From Squalus acanthias (Eukaryota): a stretch of 64,000 nt of DNA. The notes below the pieces were generated by a model. The model was not told the origin of the DNA and searched no databases. It was given only the letters and a program-made list of their open reading frames with translations. Positions within the stretch are counted from its first letter, which is position 1, and each line of letters begins with the position of its first letter. Positions 37,495 to 50,694 of this stretch are shown here, one piece after another. Made by a program: the position numbers and the translations under genes. The stretch is taken from NCBI GenBank assembly GCA_030390025.1, contig CM059426.1, positions 126,046,001 through 126,110,000 of the forward strand, written 5' to 3'.

Positions 37495-37965
37495 CAGGAA
37501 ACTCTTTGGTATCCGGCACCGATGGGACCGGCGTGGTGCCAGTTGATCGAAAGTTCCGGATAACAGAGAGTTATATCTACCAAGGCTATTTTTAACAAAG
37601 AAAAATAAAAAAATCAAGAAATGTGCAGTATACAGTATTTGGGTACTCACCTACAGAATGTTGTGTTAAATGGATGGTGGAAGATGCTTGATTAAGTACA
37701 GTACTGCCAGTTGAGAGTAATCCATAACTCTTTAATTACTTAACAGTAAGTGAGACTCCCGGCAGCGCGGGAGAATCAACTCCTACTACTGCAGTGTTTC
37801 GGACTTCCGACAGCGCCAGGAGGCCGAATAGTGGCACTTTTGAAAACTACCCCTACTGACTAAATCGGCGTTGCCGGTTATTTGAGAGGAGTTTTCGGAG
37901 GATGATTTTTGCCGGTTAAGCGAGAATTCCGGATATTTGGGTGCCGGATAAACAAGAGTTTCCTG
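37495..37965. mobile_element. Tc1/mariner (pogo/Tigger-like) MITE
   Basis: About 26-bp TIRs CAGGAAACTCT...TATCCGGCACC; TA on both sides. Confidence 0.85.
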
Positions 37966-38210
37966 TATATGGCGTACCTGGATGGCGGCTGGTAAATGCA
38001 CCTCCACGAATTTGTTAACATTCATATTAGGATTATAATTAAACTCAAATTAGCTTCATATTCAACATAAACCACAACAGTTATTTAATTTTTAAAAACA
38101 AGGGTATGAATTCTCTTTTTTCCTGTCTGTACGGGACTTGTATCTCTGGCTCAGACCTCTGCAGCAAATACTGCTCTTCACTCACCATGAGGTAATTGCC
38201 TGGTAATAGA

Positions 38211-38657
38211 AAAAAAGAAACAACTTGCACTTATGTAATACCTTTCAGGTCCTTGGAACATCCCGAAGCATTTAACGGCCAATGAATTACTTTTGACGTG
38301 TAGTCACTGTTGTTTTGTTGGCAAATGCAGCAACCAATTTGTGCACAGCAGGGTCCCAAATAAAGCAATGTGATGAATAACCAGTTAATCCATTTTTGGT
38401 GGTGTTGGTTGTGCAGGACACGGGGAGAAATCCCTGCTCTTCTTTGAATAGTGCCATGGGATCTTTTATGTCCACCTGAGAGGGTAGACAGGGCCTCGAT
38501 TTAACATCTCATCCAAAAGACACCACTTCGGACAGTGCAGCGCTCCCTCAGTACTGCACTGAAGTGTCAACCTGGATTATATGCTTATATCCCGGAATGG
38601 GGCTTAAACCCATGACCTTCTAACTCAAAGGCAAGGGTAACTACTAAATGAAGGCTG
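38211..38657 (-). mobile_element. tRNA-derived SINE (same family), more diverged
   Basis: Colinear with 18526-18992. Confidence 0.8.
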
Positions 38658-38726
38658 ATGCATGTTTTGGTTTACTTTCTCCCCACCCTGCTTTATTGGA
38701 AAGGGGGAGAAACTCCAGTAACCCAG

Positions 38727-39837
38727 TCTTCTATTTTCCTCAACGGAGGGTTCCCCTCCACCGTGGTTCACAGGGCCCTCAACCGTATCCATTCTATTTT
38801 CCACACTTCTGCTCTCACCCCTTCCCCTCCATCCCAGAACCACGATAGGGTTCTCCTTGTCTTCGCCTCCACCCCACCAGCCTCCACATTCAACAGATCA
38901 TCCTCCGCCACCTTCAGTGTGGTCCCACTACCAAACACATCTTCCCCTTTCTGCATTATGAAGGGACCGTTCCCTCCGCGACAACCTGGCCCACTCCACT
39001 CATCACCCCCATCACCCACTCCCCTTCCCACGACACCTTCCTGTGCAAGCACATGAGATGCAACACCTGCCCTTTTACCTCCTTCTTTCTCACCGTCCAG
39101 GGCCCCAAACACTCTTTCCAGGTGAAACAGCGATTTATTTGTGCGTCTTTCAATTTAGTATACTGTATTCGCTGCTCATGATGCGGTCTCTTCTACACTG
39201 GGGAGACCAAACGCAGATTGGGTGACCGCTTTGCGGAACACCTCCGTTCAGTCCGCAAGCGTGACCCCGAGCTTCCAGTCGCTTGTCATTTTAATTCTCC
39301 GCCCCACCCCCACTCTGACCTCTGCCTCCTACACTGTTCCAACGAAGCTCAACGTAAACTTGAGGAACAGCACCTCATCTTTCTATTAGGCACTTTACAG
39401 CCTTCCGAACATAAAACTGAGTTCAACAATTTTAGATTATAACCTCTGCCCCCATTTTTTCGGACGCCAGCTGTTGCTGATGATTCTAATATTCCCATTT
39501 ACACCCCTTCTAGACCCATCTTTTGTTTCTTTACTTGTCCCATTACCATCTCCTTTTGCCTTGCGCCATCATCCCTTTTGTCATTTATTCTCTCCTGGCT
39601 TCCACCCCATCACAGACCTTCCCTATTGTTCTTTCCTCCCCTCCCCTTTCCCTGCCCCTGCACTTGCTTAAAACCTGTTGCACCTCTAACTTTTTCCAGT
39701 TCTGACGAAAGGTTATCAACCTGAAAAGTTAACACTGTTTTTCTCTTTCCGCGGATGCTGCCTGACCTGCTGAGTATTTCCAGCATTTTCTGTTTCTATT
39801 TCAGATATCCAGCATCCGCAGTATTTTGCTTTTGTAT
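38727..39837 (+). mobile_element. Penelope-like element 3' part: GIY-YIG endonuclease remnant plus pLTR
   Basis: NLVYCIRCS*CGLFYTGETKRRLGDRFAEHL...EEQHLIFLLGTLQP...EFNNF; pLTR with a hammerhead-like motif at 39698-39734. Confidence 0.9.
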
Positions 39838-39995
39838 CCCATTACTGGCATTCTGTTGCATAGTTTTGATTATTATGCCAACAGAAACATACATTTTCAC
39901 ATTAGAAAAATAAAAATTCACACTTACGTAAAATCACATGAAATAACTACAATTATTTTGAAACAATTATATTTAGGTTTTAAGAGGTACAATAC

Positions 39996-40034
39996 CTGAT
40001 CAGCTCTAATTTTTGTATGACACACAGGCAAAAT
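39996..40034 (-). CDS. TMEM175: TMEM175 coding exon 2 (ILPVCHTKIRADQ, 39 nt)
   Basis: ttttcttccag|ATT...CAG|gtattg; matches human ILPVTHTEISPEQ. Confidence 0.93.
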
Positions 40035-40319
40035 CTGGAAGAAAACACAATACAGCACATTTAAAAGTATTATTGCTTCGGTCCAAGATTTTAAAATTTT
40101 GCATTTAAAACTGCAGCATGTTGTTATTCACCGGGCAGCAAAATTACTACTACTACCACCAACAAAGAGGTTTTCATTCACTACAAATGGTGTAGCATTC
40201 CTGGTACTCTACCAGAGCTATCAGTTAATATGTGGGCAAACTCTTGCCCACTGCAGCCTGATCCCACTTCCAAGTCATACCATGGTGAAAGGGCAGGTGC
40301 AGTATGCTCACAAATTATT

Positions 40320-43300
40320 GGGCCGGATCTTGCTGGAGCGGGGCATCTTGCGGCAGGTGTCATTAGTTAGACGTTTTTCTGTACCCTCCAGCTCGAAAGT
40401 TTTCTTGCGGCGTAACTTGCTGGAAGTGCGAGCTGATAACGAGGGCAACTGGGCATCGAGGACCTTAGTGAACAGCAGGACCAACAGTGTATTTTCTTAA
40501 CCAATGAGATTTAAAAACTGAGAAAAAACCAGAGGAACGACGGAGATGGGGGGAGAATTAGCCAAATCAGGTACAGAAAGAAATAAAGAGATGGAAAGAA
40601 AGATTGGATTAAGAGAGAGAGCAAAAAGAGACAGAAAAGTAAAAAAAATTTAAACATTTTTAATTCGACATTTTTAAAATCTCAAACAATAATTGACTAC
40701 ATGCAGGAATGTGATTGAACCATTTAAATTGTTCCTTTTTTAGTCCAGAGAGGTTGGTTACATTATTATCTTGAGCATGAGCACAGAGCTTGGAGACAGA
40801 GCTGGGTGAATGCAATCGGGGTGGATTGCAAGCAGAGTGGAAGAATTTGGTGAGAGAAGGAATTCGGCGGAGAGGAGGAAGGCAGTTGAGACGTCTAACT
40901 GAAAAGGACTCTAAGTTAATAGGCCAGAGAGCGGACCTGCGGGATAGCGAGAGGAGCAGCCGGAGATAAAGGTAGGACCAAAAGCCAAGAGCCCGGAGGA
41001 AACGCGAGTGTCAGGGAGCGAGGTAAAATAAAACCTAAGTGTCATCAGCACAAGGGAAGGAGCTGATTGGTGAATAGCTGGTGATTTTTTTTTAAGTCTT
41101 GAGTTTATTTCTGTTAAGTTAGTGAATAGTCTATTAAATAGAGGCATGGCAGGGCACCTCAGTCCTGTGGAATGCACATCTTGTGCCATGTGGGAACTCC
41201 AGGACGCTTCCAGTGTCCTGGACAAACACATGTGCAGGAAATGTCGTCAGCTGGAGGAGCTCAAGCTCCAGGTTTTGGAGCTTGAGGAGCAGCTGGTGTC
41301 ACTGCGGTGCATCCGCGAGGCCGAGAGCTATATGGATAGCACGTTTCAGGAGGTGGTCACTCCGTAGCATAAGAGTGAGCAGGCAGAGAGGGAATGGGCG
41401 ACCATCAGACAGACAAGGAGGACCAGGCAGGTAGTGCAGGAGTCCCCTGAGTGCATCGCGTTCTCCAACCAGTATTCGGTTCTGAGTATTGGTGAGGGCG
41501 ATGGTTCCTCTGGGGAGTACAGCCAGAGCCAAGTCCACGGCACCACGCGTGGCTCAGCTGTACATGGGGGTGGGGAGGAGGAAGATTAGGAAAGCAATAG
41601 TGACAGGCGATTCGAAGTTAGGGGAACAGACAGGCATTTCTGCGGCTGCAGACGTGATTCCAGGATGGTATGTTGCCTCCCTGGTGCCAGGATCAAGGAC
41701 ATCACTGAGCGGCTGCAGAACATTCTGAGGGGGAAGGGTGAACAGCCAGAGGTCATGGTCCATATCGGTATCAGCGACATAGGTAGAAAGAGGAATGAGG
41801 TCCTGCAAGCAGATTTTAGGGAGCTAGGAAAAAGATTAAAAAGCAGGGCCTCAAAAGTAGTAATCTCTGGATTACTCCTGGTGCCACGAGCAAGTGAGTA
41901 TAGAAATAGGAAGAGCAGATGAATGCGTGGCTGGAGAGATGGTGCAAGAGGGAAGGCTTTAGATTCCTGGGACATTGGGACTGGTTCTGGGGGAGGTGGG
42001 ACCTGTACAGGCCGGACGGGTTGCACCTCAACAGAGCTGGGACCAATGTCCTCGCTGGGGGGGGGTTTGCTAGTGCTGTTGGGGAGGTTTTAAACTAATT
42101 TGGCTGGGGGACGGGCACCAGGATGTAGCATTAGAAAGGAGAAACAAGGTGCACAAAGGATTGGGAGAGACAGATAGCACTAGAGTAAGAAATAGTACGG
42201 CATTAGGTGGGGTCAGACTAAGAGAGAATACAGTGCATGTGTGTAAATGCACGAAGTGGGGTAAATAAGGTTGGTGAACTGCAGGCACAAATAGCCACAT
42301 GGGAATATGATGTCGTGGCGATAACGGAGACCTGGCTCAAAAAAGGGCAGGATTGGGTACTAAATATTCCTGGATATAAGGTGTTCAGGAAAGATAGGGA
42401 AGGAGAGAGAGGAGGTGGGGGTGGCAGTATTAATTAAGGAAAATATTACAATGCTGGAGAGAGAGGATGTCCCGGCGGGTTCAAGGACAGAATCTATTTG
42501 GTTAGAGTTAAGAAACAATAGAGGTGCCATTACACTACTAGGTGTATTCTATAGGCCACCAACTAGTGGGAAGGATAAAGAGGAGCAAATTTGCAGGGAA
42601 ATTACAGAGCGGTCCAAGAACTATAGAGTAGTGATAATGGGGGACTTCAACTATCCTAATATAGACTGGGATAGTAATAGTGTAAAGGGCAGAGGGGGAA
42701 GAATTTCTGAAGTGTGTTCAACGAGGAAGGAGGCATTGCTGGATCTGGTTCTGGGGAATGAGCTTAGTCAAGTGGAGCAAGTGTCAGTTGGGGAAAATTT
42801 AGGGAACAATGATCATAGTATCATTGGGTTTAGATTAGCTATGGAAAAAGACAGGGAGCAATCTCGAGTAAAAATCCCTAATTGGAGGAAGGCCAATTTC
42901 AGTGGGTTGAGAATGAATCTGGCCCAGGTAAATTGGAATCAAAGATTGGCAGGCAAAATTGTAATCGAACAATGGGCTGCTTTTTTAAAGAGATGGTTCG
43001 GGTACAGTCGAGGTACATTCACATGAGAGGGAAAGGTAGGGCAACCAAAGTCAGAGCTCCCTGGATGACGAAAGAGATAGAGAGCAAGATGAAGCAGAAA
43101 AAGGGGGCGTATGACAGATTGAGAATACAAGTGAGAACCAGGCTGAATATAGAAAGTGCGGAGGGGAAGTGAAAAAGGAAATAAGAGGGGTAAAGAGAGA
43201 GTATGAGAATAGATGGGCAGCTAACATAAAAGAGAATCCAAAAGTCTTCTCTAGGCATATAAATAGTAAACTGGTAGTAAGAGGAGGGGTGGGGCCGATC

Positions 43301-45336
43301 AGGGACCAAAATGGAGACCTACGCAGAGGGCATGGCTGAGGTAATAAATGGGTACTTTGCATTTGTCTTTACCAAGGAAGATGCTGCCAAAGCCATAGTG
43401 AAAGAGGAGGTAGTTGAGATACTGGATGGGATAAAGAGGCAGAACTAGAAAGGCTGGCTGTACTTAAAATAGATACGTCACCAGGACCAGATGGGCTGCA
43501 TCCTAGGATGATGAGGGAAGTAAAGGTGGAAATTGCGGAGATACTGACCATAATCTTCCAATCCTCCTTAGATACGGGGGTGATGCCAGAGGACTGGAGA
43601 ATTGCAAATGTTACACCCTTGTCCAAAAAAGGGTGCAAGGATAAACCCAGCAACTACAGGCCAGTCAGTTTAACCTCGGTAGTGGGGAAGCTTTTAGAAA
43701 CGATAATCAGGGACAAAGTTAACAGTCACTTGGACAAGTGTGGATTAACTAAGGAAAGCCAGCACGGATTTGTCAAAGGTAAATTGTGTTTAACTAACTT
43801 GACTGAGTATTTTGAAGAGGTAATAGAGGGCTGATGAGGGCAATGCGGTTGATGTGGTGTGCATGGACTTCCAAAAGGCGTTTGATAAAGTGCCACATAA
43901 TAGGCTTGCCAGCAAAGTTGAAACCCATGGAATAAAAGGGACAGTGGCAGCATGGATATGAAATTGACTAAGTAACAGGAAAGAGAGAGTAGTGGTGAAG
44001 TTATTTTTCGGACTGGAGGAAAGTATACAGTGGTGTTCCCCATGGGTCAGTATTAGGACCACTGCTTTTCTTGATATATATTAATGACTTGGACTTGGGT
44101 GTACAGGGCACAATTTCAAAATTTGCAGATGACACAAAACTTGGAAGTATAGTGAACAATGAGGAGGATAGTGATAGACTTTAAGAGGATACAGACAGGC
44201 TGGTGGAATGGGCAGACATGTGGCAGATAAAATTTAACGCAGAAAAGTGCGAAGTGATACATTTTCGTGGGAAGAACGAGGAGAGCCAATATAAACTAAA
44301 GGGTACAATCCTAAAGGGGGTGCATGAACAGAGATCCCCAGGGGTGTATGTGCACAAATTGTTGAAGGTGGTAGGGCAGGTTGAGAAAGCGGTTAAAAAA
44401 AGCATACGGGATCCTGGGCTTCATAAATAGAGGCACAGAGTACAAAAGCAAGGAAGTTATGATGGATCTTTATAAAACACTGGTCTGACCTCAACTGGAG
44501 TATTGTATCCAATTCTGGGCACCGCACTTTAGGAAGGATGTGATGGCCTTAGAGGGTGCAGAAAAGATTTACAAGAATGGTTCCAGGGATGAGGGACTTC
44601 AGTTACGTGGATAGACTGGAAAAGCTGGGGTTGTTCTCCTTAGAGCAGAGAAGGTTGAGAGGAGATTTGATAGAGGTGTTCAAAATCATGAGGGGTCTAG
44701 ACAGAGTAGATAGAAACTGTTCCCATTGGCGGAAGGGTTGAGAACCAGAGGACACAGATTTAAGGTGATTGGCAGAAGAACCAAAGGCGACATGAGGAAA
44801 ATCTTTTTTTACGCAGTGAGTGGTTCGGATCTGGAATGCACTGCCTGTGGTGGTGGTGGAGGCAGATTCAATCGTGGCTTTAAAAAGGGAATTGAACGAG
44901 TACCTGAAGGAAAATTTTTCTCAGGGCTACGGGGAAAGGGCGGGAGAGTGGGACTAGCTGAAGTGCTCTTGCAGAGAGCCGGCACGGGCTCGATGGGACG
45001 AATGGCCTCCTTCTGTGCTGTAACCATTCTATGATTCTAACACATCATTGGCTGCCACATTTCCTACAACAGTGATTACACTTCAAAAGTGCTTCATTGG
45101 CTCTAAAGCGCTTTGTGACGTCCTTTCTGTGGCAAGTTTAATGGGCAATTAATATGAAAATCCAGTAAGTTCTTAAAAATAACGGGGAGGCTAAGGACGA
45201 GATGCCATTTGTGCAACCAGCAAGTTCTGGAGATTCGCAACTCACGGGGTATCTCTTAATCCCCTTAATTTGCTGGCTGATTTGCACATTAATAGCGTCG
45301 CTAACACGCCATTTTTTTTCCAGTAAGATCCGGTCC
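40320..45336. mobile_element. Harbinger-type MITE split by a 4.3-kb CR1 and a SINE fragment
   Basis: TIRs gggccggatcttgctgga / rc ggaccggatcttactgga; ATT TSD; the halves match 59567-60239 in reverse. Confidence 0.8.
40771..45038 (+). mobile_element. Near full-length degenerate CR1 LINE (5' UTR, ORF1 zinc-finger/zipper plus SGNH esterase, ORF2 APE plus RT)
   Basis: ORF1 from 41146 with CTSC...CRKC, a leucine zipper, IVTGDS and DGLHLN; ORF2 NARS...VAITETWL, IMGDFNYP, PGPDGLHP, FADDTK; attctatgattcta tail; many frameshifts. Confidence 0.93.
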
Positions 45337-45504
45337 ATTGCTTTTCCAACTCAGCCAGAGAAAAGGTTACACAGAAATTACAATGTAAACAGGCCATTCG
45401 GCCCAAGCAGTTCATTTGGTGTTTATCCTCCACATGAACAACAGTGCCCTCTGTTCCCATATCCCTTTATTCTCCTTTCCTTCAAGCACCTATTTAACCT
45501 AATG

Positions 45505-46465
45505 CATTTTTTGATATAAATAAATGACCTGGATATTGGAATACAAAGTAGAATTTCTAAATTTGCCGATGACACCAAACTTGTGGGGGTGGCAAACAGT
45601 GATGATGATATCAATCGACTGCAACAGGACATAGAAAGGCTAGCAGAATGGGCAGGCAAGTGGCAGATGGAATTCAATACAGAGAAGTGTGAGGTGATGC
45701 ATTTTGACAGAAGGAACAGGGAGAGGCAATATACACTTAATGACAGTTTTAAAGAGTGTGCAGGGACAGAGGGACCTGGGAGTTAATGTGCATAGGTCCC
45801 TGAAGGTGGCAGGACATAGAGAGAATGGTTAGCAAAGCATATGGGATTCATAAATAGAGGTATTGAGTACAAAAGTAGAGAAGTTATGCTGAACCTTTAT
45901 AAAGCGCTGGTTAGGCCACAACTGGAGTATTGCGTCCAGTTCTGGTCACCACACTTTAGGAAGGATGTGAAGGCCCTTGAGAGGGTGCAGAGGAGATTTA
46001 CCAGAATGGTTCCGGGGATGGGGGATCTTAGCTACAAAGACAGGTTGGAGAAGCTGGATTTGTTTTCATTAGAGCAAAGGAGGTTGACGGGTGATTTGAT
46101 AGAGGTGTACAAGATTATGGCTGGTTTGGATAGGCTAGACGGAGATAGGCTGTTCCCATTAGTTGATGGTACAAGGACTAGGGGACACAGATTTAAAGTT
46201 TTGGGCAAGAGATATAGGGGGGATATGTGGAAAGACTTTTTTACGCAGCGAGTGGTGAGTACCTGGAACTCGCTGCCGACATAAGTGGTGGAAGCGGAGA
46301 CCCTCAACGTTTTCAAGGGGAGACTGGATAGGCACTTGAGGGAAATAAACTTGCAGGGCTACGGGGATAGAGCGGGGGAATGGGACTGACTGGATTGCTC
46401 TACAGAGAGCCGGCACGGACTCGATGGGCCGAATGGCCTCCTTCTGTGCCGTTATGACTCTATAG
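45505..46465 (+). mobile_element. CR1 LINE 3' fragment nested in an older antisense CR1 end (about 45370-46615)
   Basis: FADDTK, LVRPQLEYCVQFWSP; the flanks read as an interrupted minus-strand CR1 3' end. Confidence 0.88.
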
Positions 46466-47833
46466 TCTTAAAGGGTGACAAGGTCTCTGCTTTAATCATT
46501 AACTCTGGCAGTGCATTCCACAGCCTCACAACCCTCTGTGTAAAAAGGTTTCTCCTACTCTTCAGCCTAAATCTCTTGCATTTAATCTTATATCTATGCC
46601 CCCCTTGTTCTAGACTTTGGAGCTAGGTGGAGCTGGTTAGGTGAGCAACATGCTATAAATAGACTTCAAAAACACCATATACTCTAGAAGGATAAGGGCA
46701 CATGTTGTACCACATTTTAACTCTTTCCAGACTGAACTGATTGGAAATTCAAGGTAGAACATTAAACAGATCACAGCCTAGATTTTCCAAGCAGCGTTCT
46801 TTATAATGTTGATCAAAAAATCTACACTGTTTGTCAAATGCTACATTCTAAACAACTACACATCAGAGACTGTAGCCCCAATTTTATCTCCCTGCTGGGA
46901 GCTATGCAGCCAGGGGATAAGTTGGATGCCAAATTGTCCATCCCTCCTCAGCGTGAGGCCTGGCGAGTTTTTAACTCCTGGGCCTCATCTGCATAGGTTC
47001 CATTAGCATCCCGTTTCAACCCAGTGGGACGCGCTAGCTGGCCGGTGGGTGGGAGTGGAATTCAGGCGGCAGATGGCCGGCACTGAGGACCCAAAGGAAG
47101 GGACCCGGCTCTCAGGTAAGTGGTTGGGGTGCTTGGGAGGACATCATGATTGCGGGATGGAGGGGGAATCGGGTCAAGGGAGGCCCAAGGTTTCTTTGTG
47201 GGGCCAGGAGGAATACTTTTGTTCTTTCTGGCCCACAAGGAAACCAAAAAAAATCAAATTTACCTACCTTTCTTCTGACCCCAGCTCCTACTTGCCGCCA
47301 GGTTATCCTGGTGGGAAAGCCGCAATGACTTCTCCATGTAGGCCTCGGCTTAAAATTGAAATTGAACCTGAAGACGGCATTAATATTTAAAGAAAGACCC
47401 CGCTGCCTTCCCTCTTGCCTGCTCAAAAGAACAGGTTAAAATGACAACCCCTGGGAAGAAAGTGGGATATTTCAACATGGTTCAAACACAATCAACTAAG
47501 CAATTATGAAATTTTGTTAAAGGGCGACACAATCTATGTCTGCAGGTAATCCACACTGATCAACATGTTCAAGACAACAATGAAATCAGATTAAAACAGT
47601 TCTGTCAGAATTTTGCAACACCTCCTCATGTGAAGTTAATTTCTAGCCCTATTTTAAATATACTGCAACATAATAGATTACTATATTATGCACAAAGTAC
47701 CTTCACTATTCAATAACTTTCATAACAAAACTATAGTATATAGTGTAATCAAAAAATAAAAACTGTATCCTAACAGCACCATGGTAAGATGTTTATTAAA
47801 ATCTCTCGTGGTTGGAGTCCTACCAAAGACTAA

Positions 47834-48662
47834 GGGCTGGATTTTACCAGCCCTGAGGAGGCGGGGCTGCTGGGAAAATGGGAAAAATTGGGAGCGGGTC
47901 CCAACCCCGCTCCCAACCCGCCGCCGATCCATCTTCCCGTGAGGCGGGTCCCCAGCTCGCGCAGGGACCCGTCTCCTCGCGGCGGGAAGGGGATTAGAGC
48001 CAATTAACTGCCTGTTAACAGGCAGTTAAGAGGCTTTTCACCATTTTCCGCTTGCTGATGCGGCCTTCCCGATGGCAGGAAACCCCGCCAGGGTCAGCGA
48101 GGTGAGCTGTGGGTCTGCTGCAGTGCAAGTGTGCAAATGACAGCTGCAGAGGTAGTGTGATGGGTGCAATGGCGCACAGGTAAGTATGACAGGTGAGAGA
48201 CTGTAGTGAGAAATATTTTTATTCTGTTTATATGTATCTGCAGGTGATAAGATTTGATGTTTCTGTGAAGCCTCATCTGATCGGGAGAATTGACAGATGG
48301 CTTCTACAATCTCACATGCAGCTGCCATCTGTTTTCTTCTAAGGAGAGAGTCATTGGTGAACCTGGGTGCAAGGGCTCACCTTTGGACAGTGATTGTCAG
48401 TGTTTGACAGCACCTCAATGCTGTCAAACACTGACAATTCATCTGTCAAAAAAATTATGGGGCCTGTCACTTTAACAAAACCGGCAGATGAAGCGTCATG
48501 CACTGACGTCATCTGACACCGGCTTTCCCTTAATTGGCCGGCCTTAACAAGGCCAATCAAGGGAAAATAGCGTCAGGTCATCAGACGTCACTGGGGGCAG
48601 GACTAGAACCCGGAAACCAGCAGTCCCGCCCCCAACGCGCCTCCTCAGCTAAGATCCCGGCC
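47834..48662. mobile_element. Harbinger-type MITE
   Basis: Imperfect TIRs gggctggattttacc / rc ggccgggatcttagc; TAA TSD at 47831-47833 and 48663-48665; homologous to 61534-62343 in reverse. Confidence 0.82.
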
Positions 48663-48886
48663 TAATACTCCAAGTGGACACGTGATAAATATTACTTCAG
48701 TACTCACCCAATTTGCAAATGGGGATATCTAATGATGCACCATAGAAATGTTTTTTTCTAGGAGGTGGTGTACATTTTTACTAATAAGGGAATTAACCTT
48801 TCTTCCTCTCTCCCACTTTTTCTCCTTACTGGTTCCACTAGTCACTTATCTTCCAACACAGAGGGCCTTTGCAACACTACTTTTAA

Positions 48887-50280
48887 TAAGAACATAAGAT
48901 AAGAAATAGGAGCAGGAATAGGCCACTTGGCCCCTCGAGCCTGCTCCGCCATTCAATAAGATCATGGCTGATCTAGGGCTCAAAGCCACTTCCCAGCCCG
49001 CTCCCCATAACCCTTCACTCCCTTATCTTGCAAAAATGTGTCTATCTCCACTTTAAATGTATTTAACGACCCAGCTGCCACAGCTCTCTGGGGCAGAGAA
49101 TTCCACAAATTTACGACCCTCTGAGAAGAAGTTGTTCCTCCTCATCTCAGTTCTAAAAGGGCGACCCTTTATTCTGAGACTGTGCCCCCGAGTTCTAGAT
49201 TTCCCCATGAGGGGAAACATCCTCTCTGCATCTACCCTGTCGAGCCCCCTCAGTATCTTACATGTTTCGATAAGATCACCTCTCATTCTTCTAAATTCCA
49301 ATGAGTATAGGCCCAGCCTGCTCAACCTTTCCTCATAAGTCAAACCCCTCATCTCTGGAATTAACCTAGTGAATCGTCTCTGAACTGCCTCCAATGCAAG
49401 TATATCCTTCCTTAAATAAGGAGACCAAAACTGTACGCAGTACTCAAGGTGTGGTCTCACCAATACCTTGTACAGTTGTAGCAGGACTTTCCTGCTTTTA
49501 TACTCCAACCCCCTTGAAATAAAGGCCAACATTCCATTTGCCTTTTTGATTACTTGCTGTACCTGCATGCTAACTTTTTGTGTTTCATGCACAAGGACCC
49601 CCAGGTCCCTCTGAACTGTAGCATTTTGTAATCTCGCTCCATTTAAATAATAGTTTGCTTTTTTATTTTTCCTGCCAAAGTGGATAACCTCGCACTTTCC
49701 CACATTATACTGCATCTGCCAAATGTTTGCCCACTCACCTAGCCTGTCTATATCCCTTTGCAGGTTCTTTGAGTCCTCTGCACAACTTGCTTTCCCACCC
49801 ATCTTTGTATCATCCGCAAACTTGGCTACATTACACTCGATCGCTTCATCCAAGTCATTAATGTAGATTGTAAATAGTTGGGGCCCCAGCACCGATCCTT
49901 GTGGCACCCCACTAGTTACCATTTGCCAACCAGAAAATGGCCCATTTATCCCGACTCTCTGCTTTCTGTTAGTTAGCCAATTCTCTATCCATGCTAATAT
50001 ATTACCCCCAACTCCGTGAGCTCTTATCTTATGCAGTAACCTTTTATGTGGCACCTTATCGAATGCCTTCTGGAAATCCAAATACACCACATCCACTGGC
50101 TCACCCTTTTCCACCCTGCTTGTTACATCCTCAAAGAACTCCAGCAAATTTGTTAAACATGATTTCCTTTTCCTAAAACCATGCTGACTCTGCTTGACTG
50201 CAGTATGTTTTTCTAAATGCCTGCTACTGCTTCCTTAATGAAGGACTCCAGCATTTTCCCAACGACAGATGTTAGGCTAA
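48887..50280 (-). mobile_element. CR1 LINE 3' portion
   Basis: ORF 49053-50147 with YLDFQKAFDKVPH, GVPQGSVLGP, KFADDTK; ttcttatg tail. Confidence 0.95.
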
Positions 50281-50694
50281 TGCCACTTTTGGTTAGCTAG
50301 TAGCAGGTATGGGAAAGTGGCCAATGCAGACTTCCCACCTGATTTTCTCTGCTCTGAAATCATGATTATGACATGGCAAACTTATCAGCATTGATTTTAC
50401 CAAAATGAAAGCAGGAATGATCTTCTGAACTAACATGTTGAGGTCATAATAAATAATCAGATTTTTAAGAATAAACAATGACATTGTCTCTCAGCTCATG
50501 ACAAGCAACATAAACAACCTGTATGAATAATGTTCACTACTCTAAGGAGCAGTGTTCTTCATACTTCATCACATTTAAAAAAAATTCTTACATTCACTCT
50601 TCAAATAAAACCTTTTTGAGGTACCACTGGCCAGTATCAAATTGCTGAACACTCACACTGAGTTAGCGACTATGAGACTTTTTAAAAAATAAAA

